Positions 39,951 to 52,854 of a DNA stretch of 64,000 bases are shown here, in pieces. The translations under genes and the position numbers were made by a program. The notes under the pieces were generated by a model. The model ran no database searches and was not told the DNA's origin. It saw only the letters and a list, made by a program, of their open reading frames with translations. Numbering within the stretch: position 1 is the stretch's first letter; each line of letters begins with the position of its first letter. The stretch covers positions 124,001 to 188,000 of the forward strand of contig NW_026860085.1 of assembly GCF_026571515.1 (NCBI RefSeq), written 5' to 3'. Source of the DNA: Ruditapes philippinarum (taxonomy: Eukaryota).

Positions 39951-40778
39951 CCAGCAGACCATTGTTGTATCTCTAAGTCTAGTCCGCTTTACTATGAAAG
40001 GTAACCATAACAATTATACTGGTTTTCTCCCTTCGAATGTATTCTCTTGTTTCTTGTTGCGTTTTTGTTTCAAGAATAAGGTAAATTATATAAAAATGCA
40101 TGCGTTCCGCTGTTTATACCGCCAGTAACAAGGGCAGCAATGGAAATCAGGATTCATTCTCTTTTTTGTGTTAACGTTGATACTGCGTTGCAAGACATGG
40201 TCAATACTCGTGATTGTATTTTATTTAATAATCTTATATTTTATGATTACGATCTTTTGTGATCATGTGGTATTTGTTTCCGGTAAAATTGGGACACAAT
40301 TAATGGTTTTTGATAATGTTTTGTAATATCTTTCAATATTTGAATAGTAAATATAAACCATTGACCAGGCAAATATTTTTATATTCTAATTGTACATTTT
40401 TTTCAAATGTATAGCCCTTCTACTAAGAAATCGTGACACATTTTTGCATTTACATCATAAATATTGTCGCATTAAAAAAACTTCACAACACTATTTCAGG
40501 AGATAAGCTACTTCTGCAACACAGCTCACAATTGAAGCAAGGTTGCCTTATGCTGAAAGTTTAATTGGAACATTGGCTCGAGTCCTATATGGATCATAAC
40601 CATGTTTAGATGAAAGCAGGATCGTTGAGAAATTTTAGTTTACTATCGAGCATAAATAAATAATGTAAAATCTTAATAACAACAAGGTAAAATTTGTTTT
40701 ATTTTAATAACATTAATTCAAAATACAACATGAAAAAATATGGAATTATATACAACAAGAAAGCTCACTTCTCTCAAC

Positions 40779-43700
40779 TTAACGCCGTTGAACCTTCTCT
40801 GACTTTATTATAGGCTGTCTGAAAACAACAAACAATGATTTATGACAAAATCATCTTAAAAAAACAAAACCTAACAATGTTTCTTAACTTAGATATATGT
40901 ATTTATTTGTTTTATGGTAAATTTTAGTCCAAAGTAATTGTAACACCATTGATCAACATTGTGTTGGGCAGATATTACCGAAAATTAAAATAGATATCTA
41001 GATAATTTAATTTCTCTGTAAGTGTTGTCGCTTTGCAAAATTCATAAAGCTACTTTTAAAAAATCATTGGTTACTCTATTCAGTAAAGCTAAAAAAGCAA
41101 TACTATACGGTTAATCAGTAACTCTGTCTATACTCAGTTTGGTTCTACAATACCACTTACCTCCCCTTGCTCTTTTTGTTCCGTCGTTGTATGGTCCTGT
41201 CAGAGATAAATAATATCGTAGATAAATCTTACATGTGATTTCCGGTTATACTGTTAATTAGTCACAAAAAGATTATAATTATATCAGTAAAAATATAATA
41301 ATTATGTAAAAACAGATTTGTTACTAATTTTCAAACGGTAATTGCATAGCAACTACCTAGCAATATACATGCACATATGAAAATAAGTGCGTTAGATGAA
41401 ATTATGCTTAATAATATCTGCCATATATTTGGATCGGAATATCGGTCCCGAGGTGACCGCCCATGGGCGGGTGACCGAGGGACGGATATTCCGATCCGAA
41501 CTGCAAACATATGTCAGATATTTTTTCTTGCATATTCTACCATATTCCATTATATTTTAAATTCTTTATCTTTAATTTCAATGGAAATTTATATCATTAC
41601 AACCGTAACTTTTTTCTTACAACAGCGTATGAATTACACAACTTCATTCATAACGGTAAAATGACGTCATCCTAAGCGTGCCATTGTACAGCACGCGACT
41701 CATCTGGCACCCCCCATGCCAGATGAAATTTCCGGCATGGGTAAACCTAACGGAAACGCCAGTCTGATATGCAAGAAAAATCTGTCTTATGTAACTAATG
41801 ATATACTAGGTATATCCAACAAATTAAAACCTTATGTTATACTTATTAAATAAGCCGACCTCATGTGAAATGTCAACTATAATATTAATTAAAACACTAC
41901 TGTAAATCCGACGTGTATTTCCGTTCGTCCTACATCTCTCCTTGTCATATATATTTTTTTATATTTTAAATATGCATTTCATATGTGGCTGTTGCACTAT
42001 GAATACGTAAACAAATAAACAAATTGGAAACGTAAACCATTGTTATAACAGGTTTTTATTTCTCGATTGAGTCTCAGCTGTGGAGACAATCATGTACATA
42101 TATGTATCACGAATTCAAACACAATCAATTATTCTCTTATTCTTTGTTGTACATTCAAAGAGCCTACAACTAATTGCATCATTTTTGTATCTTTATTTTT
42201 TAAAATTACTTTTACTGGAGAGGAATTGATATAAGTATTGTTTTACTTGTTTTCCAATCCAGTCTGAATTACACTGTTGTGAAATGTTTGTAAATGTTAT
42301 TTTATGTAAAACTTATTGAATAAGTATTTTTTTATATAGAAGTTTAAACTAAACTAAATTGAACAGGAATTTTTAAGAGGAAAGCATTAAATGACAATTA
42401 TCAAACATGGGTATGATACAGCGTTAAGAAAGATATTATAATAACTTACATGATACAGTCACCTGTCCGTATAGTATATGTCCCCCTTCCTGATCTCTTA
42501 GCAACAACTTCCCCACACATATCAACCTCTCGACCTGGTGTAGGACCAACTGATACACGTCTTTCTATATATCTTGATAAACAATAAAAGCTATTATTAT
42601 ATATCTAATAAATCTAACCAATTCATAATCTGCATTTGTACCTCGTGACCGTCCAATATATTCCCGCATTGGATCAAAAAATAATTATTTTCATATTTGA
42701 CGGCTGGGTACATGTGCACTAAACGATGCTCTAACAGATGAGTTGTGGTTTTGGTTGTTATACTGAACGTGTTGGTGATGGTGGTAGTGGTTTTGTTGCT
42801 GATAATGGTGGTGGTATGGATGATGACATCGGTGGTGGTTTTATTGGGGATAATGATGATGTAATTTCAAATTAAACGAAAGATATAAAATAAAAAGGTT
42901 ATTATACTTTTTACTGTACAATACGGAATATATTTGGACTCGGCTCGTCCAACGTGACTTTTCAAACTGTGTACTCGCCCAAATATATTTCCATACTGTA
43001 CAGTAAAATGTATAATAACATATAAATAAATTTTCTAATAAATTCTAGGGTTTCCCAAAGATTCTATGGTACATGGAGGGAATTTGATCTTTTTTTTCCA
43101 TTTGGCTCATGAGTCTGGATTCCAACAAAACGGACAATGCCATTCACTATATATTTGCCTAAAATCAGTAATTTTCTGTAATAAGACTTATCCTCGACGT
43201 GTAGTTCTAGAAACTTAAAAAAAAGATAATTATGTACATGTATTTACCTTTCTCTTTCCACTTCAGCCTTTTCCCCACTTTTACTTTTCTTCTTTGTCTC
43301 TGATTTTCCTTCCTTTGATTTTTTTTCTTTTTTGCCTTGTTTATCCTTTGTCTCTGATTTTCCTTCCTTTGATTTTTTTTCTTTTTTGCCTTGTTTATCC
43401 TTTGAAGTTCCCTTTATAGCTCCCTTATCCTTAGATGATTTAGCGAGGTACACGGTTCTAAAACAATGAAAGTTCACACCATTTGGTTAGTGACATTTCA
43501 ATACAATGTTTGCTGATACAAAAACTTTTACCCGAAACCTGCTGGCACCGGAAGTGACTAAGTTTTGTCACCAATATATAGCGTCAGGCCATCCTGAACA
43601 TACGCAAACAAGTAGTTCCAAAAATGGAAACTGACCGAGTCCATTACGTAAATATAGCAAAAAGAGGTTATACCGGTTGATTTTGTCCAAATATTGTTAC

Positions 43701-45526
43701 AAGAACTGTCCATGCTTATAAAGATTTTGACAGGTTATATGCCCGTATATAAACGGTTGTTTGGAAATATAACCCGAGTTGTTATATAACCTTTGATTTA
43801 CAGTCATATGACCTCTCATAAATTTTTGTAACGAATTTATAATACAGCAATCTTTTTTAGAGAAAAAAAAGATATCTTCATAAATTGACAGCAGCCGTAT
43901 AAACCTATAAAAACGTCATGATTATCCAATGAAAAGCGACGTTACAAACGTAAAGTATTATAAGACAAAACATGTATATACAGGTATCAAGGCATGCAAT
44001 ATTGCAGCTTGCGCTCCAATATGTACAAAACAAGTTAATCTTTATATCTACTTTTTAAAAAGTTATCATATTTTGATTTACTTAAGACATTTACATACTT
44101 AAAATCAAACAAAGTCCAACCTATCAACCTGTATCAATATGATGAATACTCGAATTTAAAATAATATATTAAATAAAATGTTTATAATGGTGATACTAGT
44201 ACATTTGAGAAACAGAGTGAGAGAGTCATTGCTTGCCTTAAAGTAAAATACCTGTCAACTTACATCATAGTAAATAGTTTTTCAAGAATTTTGAATTTTA
44301 GTAGTTACTTACATAAGACATTCTTTTTCGTCCAGTGTGAAGGTCACTGTTTCACTTAACTGATTGTATTTACCGACAGGACAGGGCGATATGGGTGTTG
44401 CTGTTGTAACGGTAGATGTCGCTTTGGTCGTTGCCCCGCTTGTTGTTGCTTTAACAGGTGCTTTGGTAGTTGTTGCTTTAACAGGTGCTTTTGTAGAAGT
44501 TGCTTTAACAGGAGCTTTGGTAGTTGTCGCTTTAACCGGTGACGCTGTAGAAGTTGCTTTGACCGGTGACCCTGTGGATGTGACTTTAACAGGAGCTCCA
44601 GTAGATGTGACTTTGACAGGTGCCCCGGTAGAAGTTGCTTTAACAGGTGCTTTGGTAGTTGTCGCTTTAACCGGTGACGCTGTAGAAGTTGCTTTGGCCG
44701 GTGACCCTGTGGATGTGACTTTAACAGGAGCTCCAGTAGATGTGACTTTGACAGGTGCCCCGGTAGATGTGACTTTGACAGGTGCCCCGGTAGATGTGAC
44801 TTTGACAGGTGCCCCGGTAGATGTGACTTTGACAGGTGCCCCGGTAGAAGTGGCTTTTACAGGTGCCCCAGTAGAGGTGGCTTTTACAGGTGCCCCAGTA
44901 GATGTGACTTTCACAGGTGCCCCGGTAGATGTGGCTTTTACAGGTGCTCTGGTAGATGTAACTTTCACAGGTGCCCCGGTAGATGTGACTTTTACAGGTG
45001 CCCCGGTAGATGTGACTTTGACAGGTGCTCCGGTAGATGTAACTTTCACAGGTGCCCCGGTAGATGTGACTTTTACAGGTGCTCCGGTAGATGTAACTTT
45101 CACAGGTGCCCCAGTAGATGTGACTTTGACAGGTGTCCCTGTAGATGTGACTTTTACAGGGGTTGTAGGAGATGACTTGGTAGGTGACGCTGACGTTCCA
45201 GCAGCCGAGCCAGGCGCTATTTTTTGAGTAGCTTCTTTTTGTCCTGTTGTTAAATGTGTGACAACTGAAAAACAATAAAAAAATATCAGCCCCAACTGTC
45301 TCAGCTCTAAAAATGAATATAAGCTTAGAGTTAAAACAACAAAAATGTTTGCAGAATAATCAGTTCTATCTTAAGATTATTTAAAGAATTTAAATTTCGA
45401 AAACAGTAAACGTGCATTTTTCTAGTATTCTTTTAATATCAGATAATATATTCAAACTGTATAAATCAAACGTTTACCAAAAAGTCCAAACACCATAAGA
45501 CACATATAACTTGCTGTTTTCGTCAT
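40779..45526 (-). CDS. Gene B: secreted 469-aa protein with a (PVKVTSTGA)n mucin-like block, Lys-rich exon and two C-x19/20-C modules
   Basis: GT-AG exons 45526-45478 (MTKTASYMCLMVFGLF), 45264-44313, 43457-43248, 42572-42450 (YIERRVSVGPTPGREVDMC...GDCI), 41196-41161, 40818-40779 (QPIIKSEKVQRR*). Total 1410 nt, in frame, phases 1,2,2,2,2; AATAAA on the minus strand near 40700. Confidence 0.88.
41410..41780. repeat. Hairpin-forming non-autonomous element (possibly Crypton-type)
   Basis: IR aatatctg.cat...ggatcggaatatc / gatattccgatcc...atgtcagatatt, plus ttttcttgcatat...atatgcaagaaaa. Confidence 0.5.
44440..45165 (-). repeat. Coding 27-bp minisatellite (~27 units)
   Basis: Visible directly; 135-bp higher-order duplication (tagttgtcgc at 44521 and 44656). 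Confidence 0.95.
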
Positions 45527-47507
45527 TTTATTTTCCAACTTTCTTGAGTGCTTCCACGCAGTAAATACAACATAATGTTTTATTCGTTTGTTTTTGTACT
45601 ACTGAGAGCGCGTAATTCCGGGATCTGATTTACATATTTTTAAAATATAAATTTACATAAATGTCACTGTTTTTATAGAAATTTAAGAAATATGAATAAT
45701 AAAATGCTATAAACTTGTTTATAAGTGTCACATTGGTGGTTCTCTTTTCAAATCACTAGTTTTTATTGTTGTTGTTGCTGCTGCTGCTGCTGTTGTTGTT
45801 GTTGTTATACCTTGCGTGAGCTAAGCATGTTACACCATATATGTACATGAACTCTTTTTCTCAGGTTTGTAAATGAAACATAATTTCCACCGTACAGCCA
45901 AAAATTGATAAAATGTTTTGATGCAGACGTAGACAAATAACGTTATTCTATATATAAATCATAAACACTGTTTAGCATAACTATTTTGACATGTGCTCTC
46001 ATGTGCACAAAATCTGGTTGACAATAGAATCCAGTTTTGACCAGTTCTAAAAACGCTATCAAAATATGAAAATATGAATACAAGGTATAGTGGACCATTA
46101 ATCTATAATGTCGAATCATGAAGAAAATGGTTGGCGAGGTCCCTTACGAAATGTACTGCAGCATTTTTAACCCCATGACACACGAGCATAATAGAATTTT
46201 CTGGGATTTTTGTACACTTTTTGGTTACAAAGTGTTGCTTTGTGATTTCATTTTTTTTTTTTTTTTATTTCTTGTGTTTTTTCTTAATTGCTGATAGTGA
46301 TCGAAAAAAATGTAATGTGATTTTATGTAATGATCTAATATGTAATCCTAACTTTTAGTTGTTTGCGCATTGAGTGCATAATCTTTAGTTGAATAGTAAA
46401 AAATAGTTAACATCCGTTTTCTTTGGAAGTTACTGCATTGGATTAATTGTGTGTCAAAATGGAACAAGCAGACGGTAAAAGCATGCAACAAAGGATTATT
46501 TAACGAATTTTATCAGTGAAACATGACAGGTGTCGTAGACAGAATGATGCGGGATACCATCGTAATTTCGTTAATGCACATTGTCAAAAACCATGTGATA
46601 CAGTAGAATCATATTTCACAGATCATAACCGCATAAATGGGTTTGTGTTTTTATTTTCATATGAAACACAGCTTATTGTATGTTTATGACTGGTAGATAT
46701 CAAAATTTCCTTTAAGAATTAAAGGAAAATAACTTATCAGGTTCACTTACAACTTGCAATGTGAGGACAGTTGAGTTATTGCTACTCTTGGTTCAATTTT
46801 GTTGCAGTTACATTTAGTTGAAAATTTCAGATCAATACAGTTTTTGTTTGGGGTAAGAAAATAAATAACGCATGGGTTTGTGATAAACGGTAAAATATCA
46901 TCCCTTGTAAAATTATTACTAAGATCTCAGGTAACAGTATTTATCTCGGGATGATATTTTACCGATACCCAAAAACACATGTCTTATTTATATAATATTA
47001 CTTATTGACTATAAATGCTATTTTCTTTTCAATTAAACAGTACGTGTGATTTTGATATAGATAAACATTGTGAAAAATGTTATCAAGATATGGAACGTGT
47101 TATAAACAAATTTTTCTTTGACGACAAGCGTATGGTTCATCTCACTTTTACTTCGAATGGACAACAATTGTTATGTCACATGATTTCTTATAAGACTGAT
47201 AATTATGCAAAAGTAACATGAATGGTGTATATATCTGTAACAATATGCTGTCATTACATATTTGATTGCTGCCGTTGCCATACATTTTATATATTTCTTT
47301 TGACATTTTTTTATTACATTTCATTTTGCCAGTTGGTTTACACTTAAACCATGTGCCCATGAACTTAAAGAACAACAAGGCGAGATTAGATTATAAAGTA
47401 AAACATTTATTTTTGTAAAGACGAGACAACAATTTTATGTACATTTTTTTGTATAAATTTGGATTTATATACAGTTAATTATCATATTGGTAAACAGGCG
47501 ATTTCCC

Positions 47508-50500
47508 TTAAACAGGTGGATTTGTCTCGGTCCTGATCATTGGAACAGATGATCTGAAAAAAGAAAAAGACATTTTAAACGTTTTATCATGAGTATCATA
47601 CTAATGGATCAGATACATTTGAGCCGCGTCATGACAAAACCAACATAATGGGTTTGCGACCAGCATGGATCCAGACCAGCCTGCGTATCCGCGCAGTCTG
47701 ATCAGGATCCATGCTGTTCGCTTACCAACTCTATTACAAGTAGAGAAACTGATAGCGAACAGCATGGATCCTGATCAGACTGCGCGGATGCGCAGGCTGG
47801 TCTGGAGCCATGCTGTTCGCAAACCCATTATGTTGGTTTTGTCGTGACGCGGCTCATTTGTTTTCTGATATACTTTTTATGAGCATTGTGTTGTTTTCGA
47901 TCTATTTCACTACTCAAATATTTTGCAAACATACTTTATTATCGCATGTTACTTTGTGCTGTTAAAATAAAAGGTCTTTCGTATAATATAATAAAACCAT
48001 GTTATTGTTTTGCTTTATGGAAAAAGAGTTATACTTTTTCAGGATATCTGCCCCTTATAAATGTTTTACGAATAAAAATATGAGCATCTTACTGTGTATA
48101 ATTAAACAAACGATTCTAACGTTTTCATTGTTTTATAAGGAATGCAATATGTTGTTTTCCCCTCAATGTCGTCATGCAAAACAGCCTACGTAACTGTTAT
48201 AAAGTGTAAATTGTAACATGACGTATTCAATGTATCATGAATAACATATATAAAATTATTTACCCATTTTTGCCCTTCTTTGGTTTCTTCACGTACCTGT
48301 ATGAAATAAAAATGTACATTTATATGGTGACATAATGCTGTATATTTGTTAAACACAAGAAACAATGTTTGCAGTGGCTTACACATTATAATGTAAGCTA
48401 AGAAATAAATTCAAAACATGCTGCGGTATTGTAACTTGCTAGAATCGTTGCATTTGTATTGGCTACAAACATAATTAAAAAAAAAACACCGATTTTTTTA
48501 TAGAAGAGCTTAACTAAACTTACAGACGGGCGGTTCATTAACTAAATGCTTTGATTATATATCTTAAATTAACTTTCCTTTGAACAAAAATATTTTCATA
48601 CACCTGAGCCGTGCAAAACAGTTTAACATTAACATAACTATTAAAATGATATATTCACAATTGCTGAAGCTAATGCTAGTATAATTATAAACATGTCAAA
48701 TTCTTCATAAAATCATACAACCAAAACACTTAGCTAACTAAAAATACGGCTGCTTCGTGTTCCAGTTTAATGCCAAATGATTTATCATTTAACAACAAGG
48801 TTATAAATTAACTGTGAGACAACAATTTTTTTATGGTCCTCAAAATATTTTTTTCAATGGTTTTCCTGTTTTAGATAAAATAAATACTTACATGACACAA
48901 TTTCCGGCTTGGATAGAGTAAACATCTTTGCTATATTTGCTGACTTGTACATCGGCACACATGTCAACATCACGTCCTGGGATTGGACCGATAGATACGG
49001 ATTTTTCTATTAACCTGAGATAAATTAGTTAAAGTTTTATATTCATTATTTCCACATTTCTAATATTTGGAAGACATAACAATAAGACTAGTTTTCAACA
49101 ATAGATTAACTCCTTGTCATGTAGCATTATATTTGGTTTAAAATAGCATAAATGCTATACAAAGTATACTATGTTTCTTAAATGAAATGAAAATAATAAA
49201 AGATATAAGAAATTATGATCGAGTATTAGATCTATTAGATAACAAACATAATAACTGCAAAGAATGTAAATTTGAAACCTTCAGATAAAACCTGATAATA
49301 CCATTCCAATGGTATATCTATTGCAAAGAAGACTTTGTAAATTCATGATGAATTGCGAATGAATAAACATATATAACCAAAAAAGACAGTAAATGATTGA
49401 TAGTAAAATATTACGATTTACCTCTCTCCTTGCTCTATTGGTTCTACTTGTTCCGCACTTTTGCCTTTAGGATTTTTTTCTTTCTTTGCCTTTTTCGGCT
49501 CCTTTCCTTTCTTTGCTTTTTTCGGCTCCTTTTCTTTCTTTGCCTTTTTCGCTTTCTGTATTTTCTTTCCTTTAGGTGGTTTTGAAAGATAAACAGTTCT
49601 GAAGTAGATAAGGTGTGCTATAAATATATATATCAAATAAGTCATCAAAAGACACAAATAAAATGGAGTGTCTTTTCAGCATACATTTGAATAATATCAT
49701 ATACTTAATACAATCTACTGTCAATCAAACACATCCAATTTCCCACATCCGTACAGAAGATCAAAACATAAGTTAAAATGAATTACGATTGGTGTTATTC
49801 TATAACAAACCATCAAATTATGAACAAACGTGCGTATATATTTGACCTAAATACTTGAAATGTATTACATCATATAGATATTGACAATTATTCTGTGATC
49901 GCTAAAGCTTTCACTTAATTAGAAAAGATCGCTTTCGGAATATGTTTGCGAGTTAAGAAGAAAAAGCAAAAAAAATGTTGCTTACATTTGGCATTCTCTT
50001 TCATCAAGTATGAAGGTGACTGTATCTGTAATATCGTTATATTGTCCATCGGGACATGGTACGCTTGCGCGTTCTGCAGCCGCTGTCGTCTGCGTGTCAG
50101 CAGATGCCGCTGTGGTTTCTGTACTGGTTCCGGTAGTCTGTGTGGCGCTTGGTGTTGTTGCAGCCTGGGTACTAGAAGACGTCGCCGCTGTCTGGGTGCT
50201 GGACGAACTTGCTGTTGATTGTGCACCAGTACTTGCTGCCGTTGATTGTGCACCAGCATTTGCTGCCGTTGATTGTGTACCAGTATTTGTTTGTGTTGAT
50301 TGTGTACCAGTATTTGCTTGTGTTGATTGTGCACCAGCATTGGCTGCTGTAGATTGGGTTTCGGAAGAAGTCTGTGTGGATTGTGTAATTGTGGCCTGTG
50401 TAGTTTGTGCGTTTTCCTGAGTTGTAACTTGTGCAAATGTAGATCTAGTAAACACTGAAAGAAAGAAGAAAAAAACTCCAGACAATGCACGTTGTACTTT

Positions 50501-50840
50501 CCAATGTTTAGAAAAATATAGTTATATTACATGTAATATTATTCTAAATACTTTAGCGTAATGCAACAATAAAACAGCATATATGTTTAAAACATCTATA
50601 TAAATATATGTACAAAATAAAAATGTTGTAACGTCGAAATGTTGAAATATACGTTATCTATCATGAAAAGTTTTGATCTACTTTGTTCAACATCCTAGTC
50701 TTTTATGTAGAATGTTATGATAATCCTTGTATTTAATAAAAAAAAAACAATTCAAACTTATTTTTATAACATATAAATATTTTACCTAAGAGTCCAATTA
50801 TCAAGAAGCCGGTATTTGACATTGTCTTGAAGATTGTCAT
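47508..50840 (-). CDS. Gene C: secreted 300-aa paralog of B with Thr/Ala/Gln-rich block, Lys-rich exon and two C-x19/20-C modules
   Basis: GT-AG exons 50840-50786 (MTIFKTMSNTGFLIIGLL), 50454-49986 (...PCPDGQYNDITDTVTFILDERECQ), 49598-49422 (TVYLSKPPKGKK...), 49014-48892 (LIEKSVSIGPIPGRDVDMC...GNCV), 48296-48264, 47553-47508 (SSVPMIRTETNPPV*). Total 903 nt, in frame, same phases as B. Confidence 0.88.
47621..47855. mobile_element. Palindromic MITE with GAG...CTC ends and 4-bp TSD attt (Sola2-like)
   Basis: ~100-bp IR arms; attt on both flanks; lies in the last intron of gene C. Confidence 0.88.
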
Positions 50841-51978
50841 TTTCTGTACCTCTGTCTTTCTGTGTGTTCGCAGTGATAGTACTGTTTTATCGTTCAAACA
50901 ACCCTATTTGTACCTTTTAGGTAAGCCCGGAAGGTCATTACCTACGCAACCTTTGACCTCAATCTAATTATCATATTAATAAATATGAACATTGTTGGCA
51001 TGCATTACGCGCGCGAATGTTGAAATCTGCATGAGATGAGGTATTTCTTTATTTATGAGTCACTGTTGAAAACATTGTTGTTTACAGAATGATAGTCCAG
51101 CAAGTATGACTTGTTGGTCGTTAAACTGGGACATGTCAATTAATCACAATGTTTGTACAAGTAAACAACAATATTTGTTATTACAAAATTCTATGTATAG
51201 AAGACAGATTATGACGTGTGTCAAAAGATGGATTTATGAAAACATAACAATCGTTAATCAATCTATGAGATATTTGTAGAGGACTTTATTTTCAATTTTA
51301 ATACACTGACACCATATAAATTTTAATTAAGTTAAATATAACATTCAATAATTATAACTTCAGTGAATTTTCTTTTACGAATACATTTGTATTAGTAATT
51401 ACTGTTGTTGTTTTTTGTTTGTTTTGTTTTGTTATTGTTGTTGTGTTTTTCCATTAGAAAACACACGCTACAAATACTCAAATATTTAATAAGCAGGTGG
51501 TGCCGTTTGCTTGAAATCTGTGATTTTTCTTTTTTTCTTTTCTTTAAACAATTCGGGACTACAAATAATTGCTAAACTCTATGAAATATTAAAGTCAATA
51601 AAATGGTCCAATTAAATGAGTTGTCTTTTGATAAAAAATTATTCTTGGTCATAAATGTACCACACCCTCGTGCTATGGTTTCTGACAAGGTATGCCATCA
51701 TTAAAACAGTTAAGGTTTTTCGTTCTTTTATATTTTTTTAATTTATTTTGCTTCTCCCGAGCTTTTTTCTCAGATCAACCTAAGGTACTAGCACTTGTTT
51801 TTTATATACTCAAAAGTTTTTTTAATGTTTTTTCTGTGTCTGATTTTCTTTTCTTACTTTTATTTTGACATTGTACTTTTATATTGTCATACCATATAGC
51901 GTCTTGCTCATGATATCACCTGTATAACAATAAACATACATTGTACAGGTGTATGTTTGTCCTCAATGCACTATTTAA

Positions 51979-52322
51979 AGGCACATGAAGCCTTAGAAAT
52001 AAATACATTTTTTCTTTATAAATGGCAAGCATGTGTTTAATACTGTTTTATAATGCATTTAAGGCGTGTTATATTACTTATCACCTCGATAAGGAGCGCT
52101 AAAAGTGAAATATGGCATAAAGGCAGCACAATGTAAACAAAACGGTATTTTGACTTCCATACAAAAAAAAACTAAACCACTAGAACTGCACTAAATGCCC
52201 GAACACAAAAGAAGCAAAAGTTACTTCAGTTTTATACCCAATGAAACTATAAAAAGATACAATCTTAAAGTGGTTTTGAGAAATAGAAGTGATATCATTT
52301 TGGGTGCTTACTGCATGGGTCT
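51979..52322. mobile_element. Possible old MITE with TTAA flanks (Kolobok-like)
   Basis: Imperfect IR ttaa|aggcacatgaag ... ctgcatgggtct|ttaa. Confidence 0.4.
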
Positions 52323-52854
52323 TTAATCTTGCAATGATGAAATTTTGGTCTTTCCGGAAACAAGGATTTCTAGACTTTATGGCCAGGTCTTATAGACTTT
52401 AAGTTTAAATTACTGTATACTGGTAAACGCCATGACTGTATTTTCTGTATATATGTTGTTTAAAGGATTGACTGTAAATATGTATATATTATTATTAATT
52501 ATGCAGATGAGATGGAAATGTAAATATTATGAAGTCAACTGTATATCATCCCATTCCACGTTAGAGGTGAAAAAGCCCAGGGCAGGATAGTAGCAATTTG
52601 TCAACGATTTTTTATTTTATTTTTTAAAGAAAACAATAGTACAAATACAAATGTATTTATTATCATAATTTCTAATTACGATTATTTTGAAATCTACCTT
52701 GTTTTGTCCTCGTTTTCATACACTTAAATTTACGATATCTCGTCATAAAAAACAAGTATATAACATTTCGTTTCTCCAGACTCATTTTTCCATCATGAAT
52801 GTTGATTAAGTTAAATTAAATTATTAAATATAATTTGTAATTGAATTAAGTTGA

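Noticed and set aside
44364-45227. Long plus-strand Val/Thr ORF, and similar antisense ORFs at 21979-22665, 50010-50420 and 57372-58405
   Set aside because: These are shadows of repetitive coding sequence on the opposite strand, with no splice or signal-peptide support.
50080-50360. Antifreeze-glycoprotein-like Thr-Ala-Ala motifs in gene C
   Set aside because: TAA motifs are scattered within a 9-aa unit rather than forming contiguous tripeptide repeats.
50932-50959. Nuclear-receptor half-sites (AGGTCA/TGACCT) upstream of gene C, also near 59238 and 59318
   Set aside because: Hexamers with non-canonical spacing, common in mollusc repeats; not distinguishable from chance without data.
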